Assembly (NCBI GenBank): GCA_963768055.1
Contig: CAVYGN010000002.1
Coordinates: 1,120,001-1,184,000 of the forward strand
Length of the DNA: 64,000 bases
DNA from: an uncultured Spirochaetota bacterium
GTDB taxonomy: Bacteria; Spirochaetota; Brevinematia; Brevinematales; JAOACQ01
Direction: 5' to 3'
The notes under the pieces were generated by a model that saw only the letters and a list, made by a program, of their open reading frames with translations, was not told the origin of the DNA and did no database searches. The position numbers were made by a program, and so were the translations under genes. The number at the start of each line of letters is the position of its first letter. Positions within the stretch are counted from its first letter, which is position 1. Below are positions 19,332-30,254 of the stretch, piece by piece.

Positions 19332-22300
19332 TTAAAATTTAACTACCTTATCAATCTCTTTCATAATCCTATCTGTTTCAGTCAAAGCTACAATGATCTT
19401 CTGATAATGTAATATATCGTCAAAAGAAAGTTCTTTATCTTTACGATCTTTTAGCCATTTCTGGGCCGGTTGATAACCCCCAATATAAAACTCCCAGGCT
19501 ATATCTGGGACTTTATCAAAATATTGGATATCATTTATATATACTTTCACATTTTCATAATAAACTTTTTCAACTCGATTATTCCCTTTAATTGGATAAG
19601 AAGTTATCAATTGATTAACAACAGGGCTTTCTAAAAGGTGGATCTGGCGTAGATCACCGCCGAGTTTTACCAGCTTGCGGAAGGTGTCGATATTTTCCGG
19701 ATATGGTACACGAGGAAAATCAATTTTCAGGAATTCATTGTATTTTTCACGGTAAGTAGGAGAGTGCAGGATAGCATAAATATAGTCGATAATATCAATC
19801 GGTGCGAAAGTTTTATTAACATTTTCTTTTTCAGGTGTGAATATCAGGTTCAATTTAGTAGTAATCTGTACAACAATTTCTGGATTTAAATTTGGTTCTC
19901 TATTGGTTTTTAATGCGCCATCTTCTGCGTAAAGATAAGTGGGAGCCAAATAACTAATCCCAGCGCCAGCACTTTTATTACCAGCAGAACATTGATCTGT
20001 AATGTATTTTGAAATAAAAATACTAAACTCATAATTTGAACTCATTGGTCGAATCCAATTCAAACCCAAATTTTCACCCTTTAGAAAGTGCTGCATAACT
20101 TTTTCTCTTGTTCTTTCAACAAGATTTGTATCATAATAAACATATTTGCTATCAAAAGGGCGATATGAAATTTTTTTTATTAAATTATTATCAGATTTTA
20201 TCTTGTAATAATCTTCAATGTTATTTCTTAAATCTTCTTTTTTGTCATTAATTAAAATAGAATCGTTGCCTGATACTATTCCTACACTATTAATTGAAAA
20301 CAATTCAACAACAGAAAACCCTTTGTAATATAATTTCTGATTATCAAAATCTTTCCGAACGAAAAAGAAATTCGGTGAAATATTTTCAAGAACTTGGTAT
20401 GATACATTTTTAATATTATTAACTAATAAATAATTGTATTTATGTTCTCGTTGCCCAAACAAATCAAAATGATAAACCTTACCCAGATCATTTATTTTTT
20501 TCTTACCTGTTTTAATAAAGAGATTAATACTTACACCTTGCATAATATCGAAAACATTTTGATCTATCGAACCATCCTCAGCAGTTTCTTTTTTCTTAGT
20601 ATTTCCATGTAAATCAATTGTAAATATTTTATCATAAGTTTTTAAGAGATTCCACCGCATTCCACGGAATGTTGGATTGTCCAGAAAACCATGGGGATTG
20701 ATAAAACCAAGAATCCCTTCACCATTCTTCTCAATAAAGTATTGACCAAACCGGATGAATTTCACATAATCGTCATTAATCCATTTTGGATTTTTTTCAT
20801 CTAATTTATCAATACCACCAGGCTCTTTTTTATAATCTTCCATCAATTTCATAATCCATTCACCCTTATTAGAACTTTCACCGCTATAAGGGGGATTACC
20901 AATAATCACCATTACTGGTGTATCCCGTTTTACATAATTTGCTTCAGTAGCTTCTCTTGCAAGCCAGCTTGCAAATAATGTTCCAGTTTCAGGATGGTAT
21001 TCTTCAAGACTATTAGTTAAAAACACCCTGAGTCTTTTTTGTTTGTTTTCCTCTCTTGGTTTATAACCTGTATCTCGTAGAAGAATTTCAAGTTTTAAAT
21101 GACACATAGTATAAGGAGCCATTAGTATTTCAAAACCGTTTAAACGCGGAATTAAATGTTCTTCGACATAAGTATTCCAGAGCCCTTCTTGACCATTGAA
21201 CTTCTTGTAGATCTGCCTAACTACCTCAGTTAAAAATGTTCCAGTTCCGGCAGCCGGATCAAGAATCTGGACTTTATGAACTTCGATTTCTTTCATTGGA
21301 GTTGATTTCATATTCTTATGTGGAATAATTTCATGATCTTCAACTCTTATTTTTACTTTTGAATTATCTGCAAGTCCGGTTGGTAGACCAAATTCTTCTT
21401 TAAGAATATCATCCACGGCGCGGACAATGAAATTGACTACAGGCTGAGGTGTATAATAAACCCCCCTGGATTTACGAAGAGCCGGATCATATTCCGCAAG
21501 AAAGGTTTCGTAGAAATGAATAAAAGGGTCTTCTTGCCCGGTTGATTTACCAAAGTCAGATAAAAGAGCTTTAAGGTCTGTTGCCCTGAATATATCAGCA
21601 AGGTCATTGACAATCCAGATAACTCGGTCGTCTAAATCAGCACCGGATACATAATCAAATAAACTTCTCAAAAACGGGTTTGATCTTGGTATAAGGTCCC
21701 GCGCTTTCTGCCTGGTAAAATCATTTAAAGTAGTATCATGAAGCCGGGCTGCAAATAGACCATATGCTATTGTCTGAGCATATATATCTGCAAATGTCTT
21801 TTCAGTAAGATCATGAATAAGAATTTGCCGGAATGCTTTAAGCTGATCTTTTAAAGTATTGTTTTCATCATCTTCTTTAACTGAATTATATAGAACTTCT
21901 TCCATCATCCTTGCTTTTTGAGCCATTAATTCTGCAAGTTTCTCTGCAGATTTAATCGTCTGCCCTGTGAATTCACAAAAATTCTGGATATAAGTAGTAA
22001 AGGAATCAAAGTTTTCTGGATGTGTAATAACTGTTCCATCATCTATAGATGCAATTTTAATTTCTTTTACCTTCTGCCCAAATTTAAAAAAATGGAATTC
22101 CAGGTAATCAGTTAAAATTAAATTATCCAGGCTTTTTAAATATCGAGTCATTTGGTCAGAATTTTCTTCTTTCGATAAGACAATGCCTATATCCTTTGCT
22201 TCAATATATCCTATAGGAACTTCTTTCCTCTGTATAATATAATCAGGAGCTCCGCATTTCTGTCTTTTAGGTTCATTGGTTATAGTAATACCTTTGACCA

Positions 22301-22403
22301 ATTCACTAATCAAACCCTGTAAATCCGATCGATAACTATGCTCAGTTGAAATTCCATCAGAATATCTTTTTTTAACCTGTTTCAAATATTCATTAATAGG
22401 CAT
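19332..22403 (-). CDS. Single-chain Type IIG/ISP-like restriction-modification enzyme (nuclease + m6A MTase + TRD, no helicase)
   Basis: APDY..GYIEAK; GVYYTP; LDPAAGTGTF; GNPPY; ISP-like tail YRPFD..FPRVP..IGGYQPAQKWLKDRK. Confidence 0.9.
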   Translation of the reverse strand: MPINEYLKQVKKRYSDGISTEHSYRSDLQGLISELVKGITITNEPKRQKCGAPDYIIQRKEVPIGYIEAKDIGIVLSKEENSDQMTRYLKSLDNLILTDYLEFHFFKFGQKVKEIKIASIDDGTVITHPENFDSFTTYIQNFCEFTGQTIKSAEKLAELMAQKARMMEEVLYNSVKEDDENNTLKDQLKAFRQILIHDLTEKTFADIYAQTIAYGLFAARLHDTTLNDFTRQKARDLIPRSNPFLRSLFDYVSGADLDDRVIWIVNDLADIFRATDLKALLSDFGKSTGQEDPFIHFYETFLAEYDPALRKSRGVYYTPQPVVNFIVRAVDDILKEEFGLPTGLADNSKVKIRVEDHEIIPHKNMKSTPMKEIEVHKVQILDPAAGTGTFLTEVVRQIYKKFNGQEGLWNTYVEEHLIPRLNGFEILMAPYTMCHLKLEILLRDTGYKPREENKQKRLRVFLTNSLEEYHPETGTLFASWLAREATEANYVKRDTPVMVIIGNPPYSGESSNKGEWIMKLMEDYKKEPGGIDKLDEKNPKWINDDYVKFIRFGQYFIEKNGEGILGFINPHGFLDNPTFRGMRWNLLKTYDKIFTIDLHGNTKKKETAEDGSIDQNVFDIMQGVSINLFIKTGKKKINDLGKVYHFDLFGQREHKYNYLLVNNIKNVSYQVLENISPNFFFVRKDFDNQKLYYKGFSVVELFSINSVGIVSGNDSILINDKKEDLRNNIEDYYKIKSDNNLIKKISYRPFDSKYVYYDTNLVERTREKVMQHFLKGENLGLNWIRPMSSNYEFSIFISKYITDQCSAGNKSAGAGISYLAPTYLYAEDGALKTNREPNLNPEIVVQITTKLNLIFTPEKENVNKTFAPIDIIDYIYAILHSPTYREKYNEFLKIDFPRVPYPENIDTFRKLVKLGGDLRQIHLLESPVVNQLITSYPIKGNNRVEKVYYENVKVYINDIQYFDKVPDIAWEFYIGGYQPAQKWLKDRKDKELSFDDILHYQKIIVALTETDRIMKEIDKVVKF

Positions 22404-22524
22404 TATAACCCCTTTTTTATCCCGGAACATTTAATAAATGATTATACACCCACTACATATTTCAGGCAAAAGAATAGGATTGTCTGGCTTTCCCAGCATA
22501 TTACTTTTTCCAACTTTTCATTGT

Positions 22525-22932
22525 TTATATGATACCTTTACTTTTAAAATATTCAGTATATTTTTTATCTTCTTTTTGCATATGATCAGAGAACCATTCT
22601 TTCAGATAATTCAGGACTTCTATGCTGATAAGCGTATCACCTTTTTCATAGCTTCCGAACATTTCTCCCACCTTTTCCTCAAATTCCCTGTGTAAATTTG
22701 AATGCTCCATTAATTCGGGAAAACCGAACTTTTTCATCAATTCTTCCTCTTCAGAGAAATGCTCTTTTGCATAATCAATAAGCCCGCTGAAAACATAATT
22801 CAGGGTCTCCCTTCCCATCCCAATTTTCATAGCCTCAAAAAGATTATTTATGATCTCAATGAGTTTCTTATGTTGATCATCCATTTCGTTTACACCCACA
22901 CTCAATGTTTTATCCCGAATGATTAAAGCCAT
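22525..22932 (-). CDS. Bacteriohemerythrin
   Basis: DDQHKKL, HFSEEE, HxxxH, WFSDHMQKED. Confidence 0.92.
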   Translation of the reverse strand: MALIIRDKTLSVGVNEMDDQHKKLIEIINNLFEAMKIGMGRETLNYVFSGLIDYAKEHFSEEEELMKKFGFPELMEHSNLHREFEEKVGEMFGSYEKGDTLISIEVLNYLKEWFSDHMQKEDKKYTEYFKSKGII

Positions 22933-23077
22933 ATTACCCTCTTAAAAACTAACAATTCAATTATAACCCTGCTTAAGAAAAGAAGCAAAGTACAATGGGT
23001 TTTTCTGGCCGTGCCAGGATATAATCTCTCCCTTATTCAATTTTAAATTTATCCGATATTTTCACAAGGAGGGCAGT

Positions 23078-23284
23078 ATGCAGGCACATTATATTGAATT
23101 TAATGGAAAATTATTTTGGATACAGACAAAGCAATTTGATGAAACATTTATAACCGAAATACTTGATAATGGTCAAAATATCGCTTCCCTTACTTTAGAG
23201 GAACCGGCATCTGATGAATTAATCAAGGAAACCCTTATTTCTAAGCTCCAGGGGGAGAAGGTGCTGGAATTGGTAGAAGATTAA
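23078..23284 (+). CDS. Small hypothetical protein
   Basis: AAGGAG RBS, upstream TATAAT. Confidence 0.65.
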   Translation: MQAHYIEFNGKLFWIQTKQFDETFITEILDNGQNIASLTLEEPASDELIKETLISKLQGEKVLELVED

Positions 23285-23325
23285 TTAATGCTAAAGAAAT
23301 ACAAATAACTTTTTTTAAAATCAGC

Positions 23326-24192
23326 TTAAAATTCGGCATTTAAAAGAATATCAATAATTTTCACTTCATTTTTTAGTGTATTATTATTTCTATCTTTAAC
23401 TTTAAATCTGATAATGGATCTTGTTTTACTTACAATTTCACAAGAATATGAATCATTATTAAATTTAATAATTAATTCAGGTGGAATTCTCATAGGAACA
23501 ACAAATACTATTTTGTAAATCCCTTCATTATTAGGAGAGTAAATAATCATATCGTTAATATTATTTATTTTTTGATGGAATGAGATTAAAGCACTATCTT
23601 TATCCAGCATTTGCTTTTCTGATAAACCAATTTTGGGAGTAATATAAATAAACTTTTCTCTTAGTTCTGTTTTAATTTTTATTAATGGTTTTGATATTTG
23701 AATAATAAAACTAAATAGATTTTTATATCGTATTGCAAAATAAGGAGAATCAAATTGATGATTCCATGGTGCAACGATGAATGTGAATTGATATGGAATT
23801 TTTGAATTATCTATAGTAATAATATTATCTTCTTTTGATAACTTATTATCACATGTATCAAATTTATCAATTTGAGGGATAATAACTTCTGCTATTATAT
23901 TAAGTTTAGTAATATTGCATATCGGTTCAAAATAATTTAAGACATTATTTATATTATGATATCTAACACATCCACTAGCATGATATGAAATTTTTTTCCG
24001 TTTTTCTCTACCCTTGTTTAATTGATATTTTAATATTTCATCATTATTTGAATCCATCTGGATAAATTCACTATTAACACCCTTTCTTTGTATAGTAATG
24101 TAAAATGAGCCATCAGAATCTTCTAATTTATAATTAATAAAATTATAAATAATATTATTTGAAGAAATTAAAATATTTCTACTATTATTCAT
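23326..24192 (-). CDS. Hypothetical protein
   Basis: Long AT-rich ORF (KISYHASGCVRY). Confidence 0.7.
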   Translation of the reverse strand: MNNSRNILISSNNIIYNFINYKLEDSDGSFYITIQRKGVNSEFIQMDSNNDEILKYQLNKGREKRKKISYHASGCVRYHNINNVLNYFEPICNITKLNIIAEVIIPQIDKFDTCDNKLSKEDNIITIDNSKIPYQFTFIVAPWNHQFDSPYFAIRYKNLFSFIIQISKPLIKIKTELREKFIYITPKIGLSEKQMLDKDSALISFHQKINNINDMIIYSPNNEGIYKIVFVVPMRIPPELIIKFNNDSYSCEIVSKTRSIIRFKVKDRNNNTLKNEVKIIDILLNAEF

Positions 24193-24318
24193 TTTTTCAC
24201 TATCACTTTTAAAAAAGATTCTTCATTCTATCACATCCTCTTCCAAAAAACAAGTCCTTTATCATTTACATTTTGTCAAAATCGCTATACAATAATGGAA
24301 AATCAATAAGGAGCCCTT

Positions 24319-24891
24319 ATGCCTATCAACTTACCTGATTATTCTGATAGCGATGAAGAAAGAAAACTTGAAGCACAATACAAAGTATTACGAAAAATAT
24401 TCATCAAAGACTATGAACCTCTTACTCTGGATAAGCTGATTATGAAAAAAGTAATTCCAGTATTCAAAGCGGTAGTTAAGGAAAATGCTTCAAAAATGGG
24501 GAAGAATATCACCACTGAAAAGATTGATTTCAGCACTTTCACAATTTCAAAATCGACTCATGTCAGATACTTCGAGGTTCAGAAAAAGTATATAGAGAAG
24601 TATTTTGCTGGAAAAGCTCGCTATTTTAACGAGTTCATTATTGTGAATGGATGCGACAGCCTGCTTAAAATGAAGGGAAAACTGACAGGTAAGCCGATCA
24701 AGGGTAAGATCCATCTCAAACTTTGGTTCTATGAATTTATCAATGATAAGCTGAAAGAAGCCCGAGACAAAATTATAGATGGAAATGTATTACCGAAGAC
24801 AGCCAGGATAAATGAGAAGAAGATTATGTTCAATGACCTCTTGATAAATGCTGGACTGGACTGTGTGGAAGAGATGGGGAAGAAAGGATAG
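24319..24891 (+). CDS. Hypothetical protein
   Basis: AAGGAG RBS; first gene of an apparent three-gene run. Confidence 0.7.
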   Translation: MPINLPDYSDSDEERKLEAQYKVLRKIFIKDYEPLTLDKLIMKKVIPVFKAVVKENASKMGKNITTEKIDFSTFTISKSTHVRYFEVQKKYIEKYFAGKARYFNEFIIVNGCDSLLKMKGKLTGKPIKGKIHLKLWFYEFINDKLKEARDKIIDGNVLPKTARINEKKIMFNDLLINAGLDCVEEMGKKG

Positions 24892-24913
24892 TAAAAAAAT
24901 ATAGGTAGATATT

Positions 24914-26026
24914 ATGGCGGGAAAGAATAAAAAAATACACTTAAACGGTTTTGATTTCTATTTCTGGGACTACGAAGAACAGACAAAAATAAAGCATTTT
25001 GTTTTATCAGAATATTTTGATAAATGGGTTAAAATACTTGGAAAATGGAATAAACTAAACTATATCGATTGTTTTGCTGGAAGTGGTGCATACTTAGATG
25101 AAAAAGGAGAAATATATTATGGTTCACCGGTTCTTGCAGCTGAAGTTATTGAGTCTAATGGTAAAGAATTAAATCGCTCTGTAAATTTAGTTTTGATTGA
25201 ACATGATAATGATAATTTAGATAATATTACCAAGATTTTCAAATACAAAAAATTTGGGATCGAACCAATAATAATTAATGGTGATTTTGATAAATCAGTT
25301 AATGAAATTCTGGATAATACTAAAGGAAATATGAATCCTACCTTCTTTTTTATTGATCCATTCGGTTTTTCCATAAAATATGAAACATTAAAAAGAATTA
25401 TGAATATTCCAAAGTCTGAAATATTTCTAAATTTTATGTTTACTCAAATAAATCGATTTTTGATCACTGATTTGGAAGAAACATTAAATGAGTTATTTGG
25501 CTGTGAAGATTGGAAAGCATGTTCCGAGCATAGCGGTGCTGAACGCGAAGAATCTATTATTAATTTGTTTAGGTTGCAACTTAAAAATTTCTGTAAATTT
25601 GTTTGTCATTATAGGATGTCATTTGAACATAAAGATAGAACATATTATTACTTATTCCACTTAACTAATAGTGTTTTAGGCTGTTCAATTATGAAATCAT
25701 GTTTTGCAAAATTTAATAATGGAAAAGTAGAATATAGAGGACCAAAAAAATACGAAACATCCTTGTTCGATGATAAAAGTGTTATAATACATGATGTGCA
25801 AGATTTTCTTGAAAAAAACTTTAATGGGCAATCTTGTTCATTCAAAGAAATACTTTATGCAGTAATAGATGAAGTTCCCTATCTTGAAACTCATTTTTGA
25901 AGTGCAATTAAAGAAATGGAAAAAAAGAGAATAATCAAAATTAAACGGATACCTGAATTAACTTCAACTGGAAGAATAAGGAAAAGTATTGACCTGAATG
26001 ATATAGTTATATTTAACAAAGGATAA
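24914..26026 (+). pseudogene. Three-Cys-motif partner (TcmP)-like SAM-dependent protein with in-frame TGA at 25898-25900
   Basis: TKIKH..Y, YIDCFAGSG, GSP, FFFIDPFG, EIFLNF, YYLFHLT; frame continues 41 codons past the TGA to just before the next ATG. Confidence 0.75.
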
Positions 26027-26029
26027 GGA

Positions 26030-26791
26030 ATGGATAAAATTATTAGAAAATCATTGCTATATAAAACCGGTGTAGAATATGGTGATTACACTATAAATCA
26101 TATTGAAGGATGTTCTCATGGATGTCTTTATCCATGTTATGCTATGATTATGGCGAAAAGATTTGGTAGAATAAAAACTTATGATGATTGGTTAAAACCA
26201 AAAATCGTTGCTAATGCTATTGATTTACTTAAAACCGAGATACCCAAATTTCGAGATAAAATAAAATTTGTTCATCTCTGTTTTAGTACTGATCCGTTTA
26301 TGTATGGTCATAATGAAATCAGTGATTTAAGTCTAAAAATAATCAAATTGTTGAATAAGGATGGAATTCGATGTACAGCCTTAACAAAAGGATTGCTCCC
26401 TAAAGAATTGGTTGATACAGATATTCACAATGAATTCGGAATCACTATTATTTCATTGAGTGAATCCTTTAGGCTTAAGTTTGAACCCAAATCTGCGACT
26501 TATGAAGAACGGATAAGTAGCCTTTATTATTTGCATAAAAATAATATAAAAACTTGGGTAAGTATTGAACCATATCCAACTCCAAATATAATATCCTAAA
26601 ATTTTGATGAAATTTTAAATTCTATATCTTTTGTAGATAAAATCATATTCGGGAAGTTAAATTATAATTCCTTTGTCAAAAAGTATTCGAAGAACATCGA
26701 GTTTTATAATAATCTGAGCGATAGAGTGATAGAATTTTGTGAAGCAAATAACAAAGAATACCATATTAAGACAGGTACTATTATTATATAA
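26030..26791 (+). pseudogene. SPL-like radical SAM protein with in-frame TAA at 26597-26599
   Basis: GCSHGCLYPCYA (CxxxCxxxC), STDPF, LTKG, WVSIEPY; frame continues 63 codons (IIFGKLNY..YHIK). Confidence 0.8.
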
Positions 26792-26994
26792 TTTGTTGTT
26801 GCCATCCGGTAAGGTAAGGAACCCACTCTTAAAAGCGGAAAATAATATCGGTGTTTTTAGGAAAGTAAAACCAGTGAAAGTGGGGAATTATGTGGTCCTG
26901 AAGGAAAGTTATTTTCACATATATCTTCTTTATTAGAGAACAATTAAATAATTTATAGTCTAACACTATATTTGATCTTTTCATACTGATATTT

Positions 26995-27065
26995 GGTGGC
27001 ATGTTTCACCCGGAATACCTGGCATATTTTATCCGGATTGGGTGGCAGGTTTGAACCGGATTACA
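26995..27065. repeat. Orphan IS21-type end: three 23-bp tandem repeats ending in CA
   Basis: GGTGGCATGTTTCACCCGGAATA / CCTGGCATATTTTATCCGGATTG / GGTGGCAGGTTTGAACCGGATTA + CA. Confidence 0.6.
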
Positions 27066-27139
27066 TGGAAGTTTTCATTCGGATTTCTCACTTTGTTCCA
27101 ATTGGAACAAAGTCATGGTAATAAGAGAGTATTTGCTCA

Positions 27140-27448
27140 CTATTTAAAATTTTCTTCCTTCGATAATGCTTCACCTATTTTATGGCTACATTCAAGGCTG
27201 CAAGCTATTATGGAACCATCTTTACCTTCTTTTAAAGCCGCTGAATTTTTGCCAGCAAGAAACACAACAAATTTCTTATTTAAAGGTTTTAATGTCATTT
27301 CAAATGCCATTCCCTCATATCCTTTAAATGCATCTTTTATGCGGGATTTAAAAGGAACAGAGTAAAATCCTTTGCTTTTTGTTTTTCCTCCGCACCATGA
27401 GCATTTTTTCATAGCTTCCATAGGGTCATCGACAAAATAATCAGGCAT
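27140..27448 (-). CDS. Small Cys-containing hypothetical protein
   Basis: CSWC...CSLEC; abuts the upstream gene. Confidence 0.65.
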   Translation of the reverse strand: MPDYFVDDPMEAMKKCSWCGGKTKSKGFYSVPFKSRIKDAFKGYEGMAFEMTLKPLNKKFVVFLAGKNSAALKEGKDGSIIACSLECSHKIGEALSKEENFK

Positions 27449-28174
27449 TTAATTATATCCTTTTTTCCCAATACCATTTTTATTTATTTCAATAAACAAC
27501 TTTCGAGCAATACTGGATGTCGCTGGATGTGATTTACCTATTTGTATCAGAAGAAAATAACATAAGAGAGCTTGATCAATCATTTTTGCATATAGATAAT
27601 ACTCACATACTATTGCATAAAAGGCGATTACCTCGCTGGTATGAAATACTTTTTTGGATTCTGGAAAATGCTGATAGATTTCTAATTTGTTATCTAATGC
27701 TTCGGGTATTTTATCCATTTCGTTATTATGAATATAATATTCAGCCAATGACATTTTACCAAACAGGTAGTTGGTGAATTTTACTCTTATTTCTTTTATA
27801 ACTTCCAATTGCTTCTCTCTCATACTGAGCATATTGTAGACATTGCATAGATAATTGTATATGACAGGGACTTTAGGATACATATTTTTTAAATTTTTCA
27901 ATTGAATTATTGTCTTATTATTTATGGAATCCATATTTTTATAAATATTGGTCAGTTCTTTTTTTATCGAATCTGGTAATTTTGAAAAATTCTCTTCAAC
28001 AATGGGTTCATTAGTAATAGTGATATCTTTGTCGAAGGGGATAACTCCTTTCTTTTTTTCTATTTTTTCAATTAAATCTTCTGGCTTGTAATGGGATAAA
28101 TATTTGTGAAAATCAATGTCATCTTGATCGGCTATTAAATCCTTCATAATATCAGTTGTTTTATAATTCGGCAT
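27449..28174 (-). CDS. TPR-like hypothetical protein
   Basis: YPKVPVIYNYL..YLFGKMSLAEYY. Confidence 0.6.
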   Translation of the reverse strand: MPNYKTTDIMKDLIADQDDIDFHKYLSHYKPEDLIEKIEKKKGVIPFDKDITITNEPIVEENFSKLPDSIKKELTNIYKNMDSINNKTIIQLKNLKNMYPKVPVIYNYLCNVYNMLSMREKQLEVIKEIRVKFTNYLFGKMSLAEYYIHNNEMDKIPEALDNKLEIYQHFPESKKVFHTSEVIAFYAIVCEYYLYAKMIDQALLCYFLLIQIGKSHPATSSIARKLFIEINKNGIGKKGYN

Positions 28175-28176
28175 AT

Positions 28177-28497
28177 CTATTCCTTCCCTCTCACTCCCTC
28201 TTTCATTTCCCTTCCAGGCTTGAAGTATGCAATTTTCCGTGGCGAGACTTTTACCACTGCTCCAGTCTTCGGGTTTCTTGCTATCCTGGCTTTTCTTTGC
28301 TTAACGCCAAAGGTGCCTAAACCCCTTAGCTCAATTCTGTCTTTTGCATCCAGTTTCTCAATAGAGCCCTTAAGTTTCTCTATGAATTTGGAAATGATGG
28401 TTGAGACTTCTTTCCTGGATAATCCAACTTTTTTGACCTCAGAATCTTCAAGAACTAACTCAACAAGTTCAAGTTTTGTGAAAGCACTTTTAGGCAT
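28177..28497 (-). CDS. HU/IHF-family DNA-binding protein
   Basis: RIELRGLGTFGV..RKARIARNPKTG..YFKPGREMK. Confidence 0.92.
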   Translation of the reverse strand: MPKSAFTKLELVELVLEDSEVKKVGLSRKEVSTIISKFIEKLKGSIEKLDAKDRIELRGLGTFGVKQRKARIARNPKTGAVVKVSPRKIAYFKPGREMKEGVRGKE

Positions 28498-28506
28498 AAA
28501 ATTACC

Positions 28507-28692
28507 TTATTTCCGCTCAGATAAAAGAACACCGCCTACACCTATACTTTCGACATCATACTCATTAATCAGTACAGTAAATGCCTGGGCGGGGATATTG
28601 GTTATTTCAACCATTGTTTTTGTCAGCTTCTCGATTATCTCTTTCTTCTTTTCTTTTGTTTGATGGGTCATTTCAACTTTTATTACTGGCAT
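28507..28692 (-). CDS. 4-oxalocrotonate tautomerase family
   Basis: N-terminal Pro (MPVIKV), IGVGG. Confidence 0.9.
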   Translation of the reverse strand: MPVIKVEMTHQTKEKKKEIIEKLTKTMVEITNIPAQAFTVLINEYDVESIGVGGVLLSERK

Positions 28693-28824
28693 TTGTAGCT
28701 CCTTGTTTTGATAGGGTATTATATAATAAAGGGCGAAGGGGGTAAAGAAAAGATAGTAATAGGTTTAAAATGAAAATTTTAAATGAACCTGTTAAGGGGA
28801 TAAGGTTGTATATAGATAATACCA

Positions 28825-29415
28825 TTATTTTACTATTCTTATTTTTTGAGACAATAATGCTGTTGATATTGGTTCGGATTGCTTCGGATCACTTTTCTTT
28901 CCATACCATATTTTAACAATAATATCATATTTGCCTTCTTCAGCATTAATTGGAAAAGTAAAAGATCTTTTTAAAACAGTAATTGCTACAGGTAGAACTA
29001 TAACAACTATATCTTCTTGAACATTCCAGTATTCATGTCCTTTTATATCAGCAGATACACCGACCCATAAGGGACATTCATAAGAAGTAGCATTTTTAAT
29101 AGTAATTTCAATTTCACAAGTTTTCCCTTGCTGTAATAACTCTTTATTACAATTAACTTGCTTAATACTAATACCATTTTTAATTGTTGTTAGATATTCA
29201 ATAAAACTTTTTAATTCATTTCGACTTGATTGTGTATAACCTTGATATTGTCCAATTTGGAAGGCAAGTATTATTATCGTTAATGATCCAGAAATATAAC
29301 CGATAATAATCCAAAAGTTCCTTTTCCAAATTCTATTTTTTAAGACTATTTCTTTTTCTCGTAATAATTTAGAATCTTTTGAGTTTTTATTAAAATCAAG
29401 ATTATTTTTCCCCAT
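28825..29415 (-). CDS. Single-TM protein with C-terminal Ig-like domain
   Basis: TM segment plus beta-rich domain (..EEGKYDIIVKIW). Confidence 0.6.
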   Translation of the reverse strand: MGKNNLDFNKNSKDSKLLREKEIVLKNRIWKRNFWIIIGYISGSLTIIILAFQIGQYQGYTQSSRNELKSFIEYLTTIKNGISIKQVNCNKELLQQGKTCEIEITIKNATSYECPLWVGVSADIKGHEYWNVQEDIVVIVLPVAITVLKRSFTFPINAEEGKYDIIVKIWYGKKSDPKQSEPISTALLSQKIRIVK

Positions 29416-29419
29416 ATAT

Positions 29420-30211
29420 TTATTTACCTCTTAAATATTTAATCATTCTATCAACAATTTTGAATTCAAATATATTCTTATTATAAAAGAAATTATCTTT
29501 AAGAAATTCAGTGTTTATTTTAAATAGTCCAATAGCAATTGATATATATAAATCAAAATTCATTATTAAATTTTCAGAACATTCATCATAGAGTTCAGTG
29601 TGAAACGTTGGTTCATGATCTAAATAAAAGGGACATATATTTTTTTCCCAATATCTGAATGGATGAGCCCATGAATTCAATTTTTTCCATAACTTTTTTA
29701 AATATTTTTTTTCATTGGAATTTAAATATTGAATTGAATCAATTTTATCCCCCATACTATCATTATTGTTAACTATCCAATTAATTAATAACTCAAATAT
29801 GCTACGTAATAGAATATTTGCACTTAAATAAGATGCTGATAATATACTTATTATTATCCAGTTTAATTCTCTGTTTACATAAAATATAATTTCTTTCTTT
29901 AATACTGCCTCATCAATAAATTTATCAAACACATTATCTTTTATATCATTATCTAAATAGCCCTGACCCATCTTTAATAATTTGTCTTTCCCATAAATAT
30001 TAATATTATTAGCAATAACACTATCATTGATAACTTCATTACTTTTAAGGATATTTTCTTTTAATAAATTTAAAATTACTAACAATGAGGGCAACTTAAT
30101 ATTTCTAATAGGATCTTTTATTATGAGTTCTTTTATTGGATCATTTACATTCTTTGCGATATAATCCATTGTAAAATCATAGATTTTTTTTGATTTTGAA
30201 TCCATATACAA
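29420..30211 (-). CDS. Hypothetical protein, possibly HEPN-like
   Basis: LLRSIFEL and LNSWAHP motifs. Confidence 0.55.
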   Translation of the reverse strand: MYMDSKSKKIYDFTMDYIAKNVNDPIKELIIKDPIRNIKLPSLLVILNLLKENILKSNEVINDSVIANNINIYGKDKLLKMGQGYLDNDIKDNVFDKFIDEAVLKKEIIFYVNRELNWIIISILSASYLSANILLRSIFELLINWIVNNNDSMGDKIDSIQYLNSNEKKYLKKLWKKLNSWAHPFRYWEKNICPFYLDHEPTFHTELYDECSENLIMNFDLYISIAIGLFKINTEFLKDNFFYNKNIFEFKIVDRMIKYLRGK

Positions 30212-30254
30212 AAATCCTTCAATTATTTAGATTATTTATGTTTAAAATTAATAT

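Noticed and set aside
25898..26599. Alternative genetic code or selenocysteine readthrough
   Set aside because: The two stops differ (TGA, TAA), both codons terminate many normal genes here, and the TGA is not at a Cys-like position
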